From assembly GCF_964204645.1 (NCBI RefSeq), contig NC_134026.1:30910150-30974149 (forward strand): a stretch of DNA of 64,000 bases, written 5' to 3'. Below the pieces are notes generated by a model. It was not told where the DNA came from. It made no database searches and saw nothing but the letters and a program-made list of their open reading frames with translations. Below are positions 60,391 to 64,000 of the stretch, in pieces. Each line of letters opens with the position of its first letter. Position 1 is the stretch's first letter. The DNA comes from Tubulanus polymorphus (taxonomy: Eukaryota; Animalia; Nemertea). Made by a program: the position numbers and the translations under genes.

Positions 60391-60715
60391 TTAGAAAATG
60401 ATAGTAATCAGAGCTGAACCGTGAACTTTATAGTTTTTACCCCCGGGGGTTAACTCAATTAAAAATGAATTGTGTAGTAAACTCAATTAAAAATGAATCA
60501 AATTTACCCGTGGCGTTGTGTTTAGCCCCTTGGTCGAGTTTTATGGGATTGTTATACGTATTAACTTTAACCCGGGGGTTTAAACTGAATTCCACTTCCA
60601 GTCTATTAGAATAAAACCCCTGAAGTTTATGACTCGCCCTGAGTAGTCAAACATAACTATTGATACAAATACAAATGGTTGTTTTTGCTGCCGCGACTCA
60701 AAAACACCCGTAGGA

Positions 60716-61057
60716 CTGCGGCAAGCGAGTTGCCGGTGATGCTGTATGTGGGTGGGAGCTGCGGCGAGCGAGTTGCCGGTGATGCTGTATGTGGGTGGGA
60801 GCTGCGGTGAGCGAGTTGCCGGTGATGCTGTATGTGGGTGGGAGCTGCGGTGAGCGAGTTGCCGGTGATGCTGTATGTGGGTGGGAGCTGCGGCGAGCGA
60901 GTTGCCGGTGATGCTGTATGTGGGTGGGAGCTGCGGCGAGCGAGTTGACGGTGATGCTGTATGTGGGTGGGAGCTGCGGCGAGCGAGTTGCCGGTGATGC
61001 TGTTTGTGGGTGGGAGCTGCGGCGAGCGAGTTGCCGGTGATGCTGTTTGTGGGTGGA
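60716..61057. repeat. 43-bp GC-rich minisatellite, about 8 copies
   Basis: gagctgcggcgagcgagttgccggtgatgctgtatgtgggtgg repeated. Confidence 0.95.
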
Positions 61058-62418
61058 GATCGAATAAAGACATCTTGTCACTTTCCATATTTCCGTCAGG
61101 TTTACTCGTCGGTGATTCAATACGACACGAGTTTGTCGTCATCAGCGAATACACCGTGATGTGTCTCCGATGATTTAAGTGCCGGGTCCAGATCGGACGC
61201 CAGTTTTAGAGGAGGTGGTTTACAAGGGTTTATCCTCTACTCACAGTGATCAGATGTAAACTCGTGAGCCGAGGCTAATAGTGTAGAGACTATTAGGATG
61301 AACGCATGCCGCTGAAAGAGATCTGATCAACAGGGAATGATTGAATACATCTCATGGGTTTTACCGTCAAATAACGGTTGATGAATCGAGTTTTCTGAAG
61401 ACAGGTGCCTTAACGGCGTCTGTGCCTGCGATGGCAGGTGCTAGCATCGCCGCAAGATAAATGGACAGTCACGTGACCTGAATACCCGATCATTGGATGG
61501 TGGTTTTTCTGGCAGGTGATTTCAGGAAGTTCACTGATACATCATTAGGTTATATATGATTCATTATTAACTGCTTTCAAGCGATTCGTAACGACTATGG
61601 TTCCCTGCTTCATTGTCGATATATATCCGTCAATTATATTTTCATGTTCTCTGACTACTATATTGAGATAAGATTAAGAGACTGATTAAGTAATACTATA
61701 TCATACAAACCAGGGGTTGTATCTAAGATAAGAACACTACGAGCTAAATAATATGACCAACATGACATTTTTGGCGCCATAAATAGAAATTTAAAAGATT
61801 AGAAAATGAATTTATTTTCCAGCTCTACGGACTCTCTATATAGAGGCCATGTTAGAAAGTTACTTTTTGAACGAAAAAAAAATTTAAAAGAAACGACTTG
61901 TCGGACTCTCTTCAGAGACCACTGTCAGGTTCTATTTCGACGTCTGAGAATAGCTGTTCTGCTATTGCTTTGAACTGTTGATGAAACTTGATGCTAGTTG
62001 TATGAACTTATAAATATACCGCCGATAAAGCCACTCCGTAAAACAACAGACACTAATTGTAACTTCACTAATGATCAGACCAGACTGTTTTTTTTCCTGT
62101 TACGAAATTATTTCCTAGAAATAGTTTGAATGATCCGCGAAGATCTGATGAGGTAAGATTAGTGCCTTGATCGAGTGTGTACCCTCAGGATAGCTCTTAG
62201 ATAGCTCTACTATTCATCATGTCTCTGACAGATAGTTTGCAGCCAGTAATTCCTCTTCTCCAGACGACAGTGAAAAAGGTCTTCACGAACCTTCTTCCTT
62301 CTAGTTTAAGTTTACTTCGGAAAACTTTTCGTTCACGTAATAAGTAAAAAACCCACGCCGTGTTCAAAATGTACGAGATTAAAAGCAAATATCATTATTA
62401 AAGAAATTAAAACCAAAA

Positions 62419-62462
62419 CACACGATATTTCGAACTCTCTCTAGAGACCATCGTCAGGTGTG
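62419..62462 (-). ncRNA. Minimal type I hammerhead ribozyme motif (family 3); degenerate sister copy at about 61891-61933
   Basis: Minus strand CACAC-CTGACGA-T-GG(t)CTCT-agag-AGAG(t)TC-GAAAT-ATC-GTGTG: perfect 5-bp stem I, palindromic ATAT stem III, AUC triplet. Confidence 0.65.
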
Positions 62463-64000
62463 CTGCATTCCAACGAAAAATATTCCGTTCGAAGGAAATG
62501 CTTTTCGTTCCCACGAAAAGAATATATTTATTATGAAAATGAATATATCGTAGAAAAGGGCCAAGCTGAAGGGAAAATGTGAGGGTGAATGTTTGGGAAA
62601 ATGTGATCTGAAAAGATGCAATCTCCGGCAGGATTAGAGTAAAAACGTCCAGGTTTTAAAGGCTTTCGTCTTGACAAAAAGTGCAACGTCTATTGGGAAG
62701 GCAGGGATGCGTTCCACGTGTTGTTGTGAGTTTAGAATTAAACACTTACTCAGCTCAATAACTGTTGAACTGAATCTAAAGGTTCAGACCTCCGATAATA
62801 CCCTGCACAGAACATTCTAACGACACGATATCTAAAACTTCCCCTCTCTGCCCTCGTAACCGAAACAGTCCTCATCCGGTATTAGGCGTACTTTCATCAG
62901 AAACAACGCGCGATACAAAACAAAAAAAAGGAATTGGCCAATTTTGCGAGAACAACTGAACGACGTCGCAGAGAAATGAAATTGGCGCAGCGCAAGACGA
63001 TAATAATGTGATAATGAAAGGAAGCTGACGCGCAGATTGTGCTGTTGAGATCCGAAGAAAGATTTGTCTCTGAGGTAGAAATCCAGTAATTCAAAGGTAA
63101 CCTGTCATTGGCTCATGCGTGACAGATCATGCGTTTATACCAACACCGACATAACAACATACAACATACAACATGCAACATGCAACACCCCATACAGTTA
63201 CTGTAAATCGGATTACTATTAGGGACTGCGCCCAGATTTCTACAAATTAAGTAAAATCCGAATTACGAAGAATTGTTAACACGGTTCCAGGTTAATTGGA
63301 CCAAATATTTCATCCGAATTAAATGAAAATCCGGATTTTAAAATTCTAATTATTAAGCGAGTTCTACCATACATGGCTATAAACGGGAGAATTCATGAAT
63401 TCATATACAGACCTCTTAACCGTCGATAGTAATAACTGTAATAATTGTAGGCGCCAATAATGATGAAGAGCATCCGAAAAGATGCCACCACAGACTGTTT
63501 TCAAATATATAGTAAAATCTAAAATGGAAAAATTCTTCTGATAAAATGATTTAATCATTAATATTATTACAGTTATTACCGTGATTAAGTCGGAATTAAA
63601 TGCCCACCGGGCGATAAAAAAAACCATAAAATTCAATTTAGAAAATTGTATGGTTTATAAAGCATGATTTCAAGGTTTAGACAAAAATGTATTATTATAC
63701 ATGATTATGGAATTTCATATAAAACGGATTATAAATATTCTATCAATGAAATATTGTCCAGAGTTCAACTTTCAAATTAGATCATCCATGATCAACAACT
63801 ATTTAATCAAACGTGAACAATATGAGGGCAACAAACTACGGACTTAAACACTGGCAATGACGTCACTACAATCAAGTTCAAAAGGGTCAATGCTTCAGCT
63901 CTGACATAGATAATAGAAGAAGGACGCTGCAAAGATGAATAAAAGCGACAATAGGACAATGCGAAGATCTACAAAATAAAAATACTGGCAATTTGACTCG

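Noticed and set aside
61110-61145. Minus-strand CTGATGA-CGAC...GTCG stem; also CTGATGA at 51159 and 62146
   Set aside because: No GAAA follows stem II, so these are not hammerheads.
60657-61173. ORFs with repeating peptides
   Set aside because: A 43-bp minisatellite (not a multiple of 3) read through; all frames give the same cycle.

Overview
AT-rich animal genomic DNA with spliceosomal introns, probably from a marine lophotrochozoan invertebrate (inferred from the gene families). Genes: (1) a complete 12-coding-exon minus-strand gene (8284->76, 1017 aa when spliced by hand) encoding a single-pass receptor: signal peptide-CUB-antistasin-like-LDLa-MAM-MAM-LDLa-LDLa-TM-tail with PY motifs; (2) a divergent intronless melatonin-receptor-like GPCR (9805-10803); (3) a frameshifted FMRFamide-receptor-like GPCR pseudogene (~27981-28989); (4) the first coding exon (TM1-TM6) of an alpha-1-adrenergic-like receptor (50006-51107), whose TM7 exon was not found in the window. 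The non-coding DNA is rich in MITEs and MITE-derived satellites. The most notable signal is a set of minimal type I hammerhead ribozyme (HHR) motifs from three sequence families. The main family forms two oppositely oriented tandem arrays of 69-bp units with one HHR per unit (38877-39265 +, 41607-42271 -), and also occurs as dispersed copies and head-to-head inverted pairs, resembling Penelope-like-element/retrozyme HHRs. All calls come from manual reading; no searches or folding programs were run.
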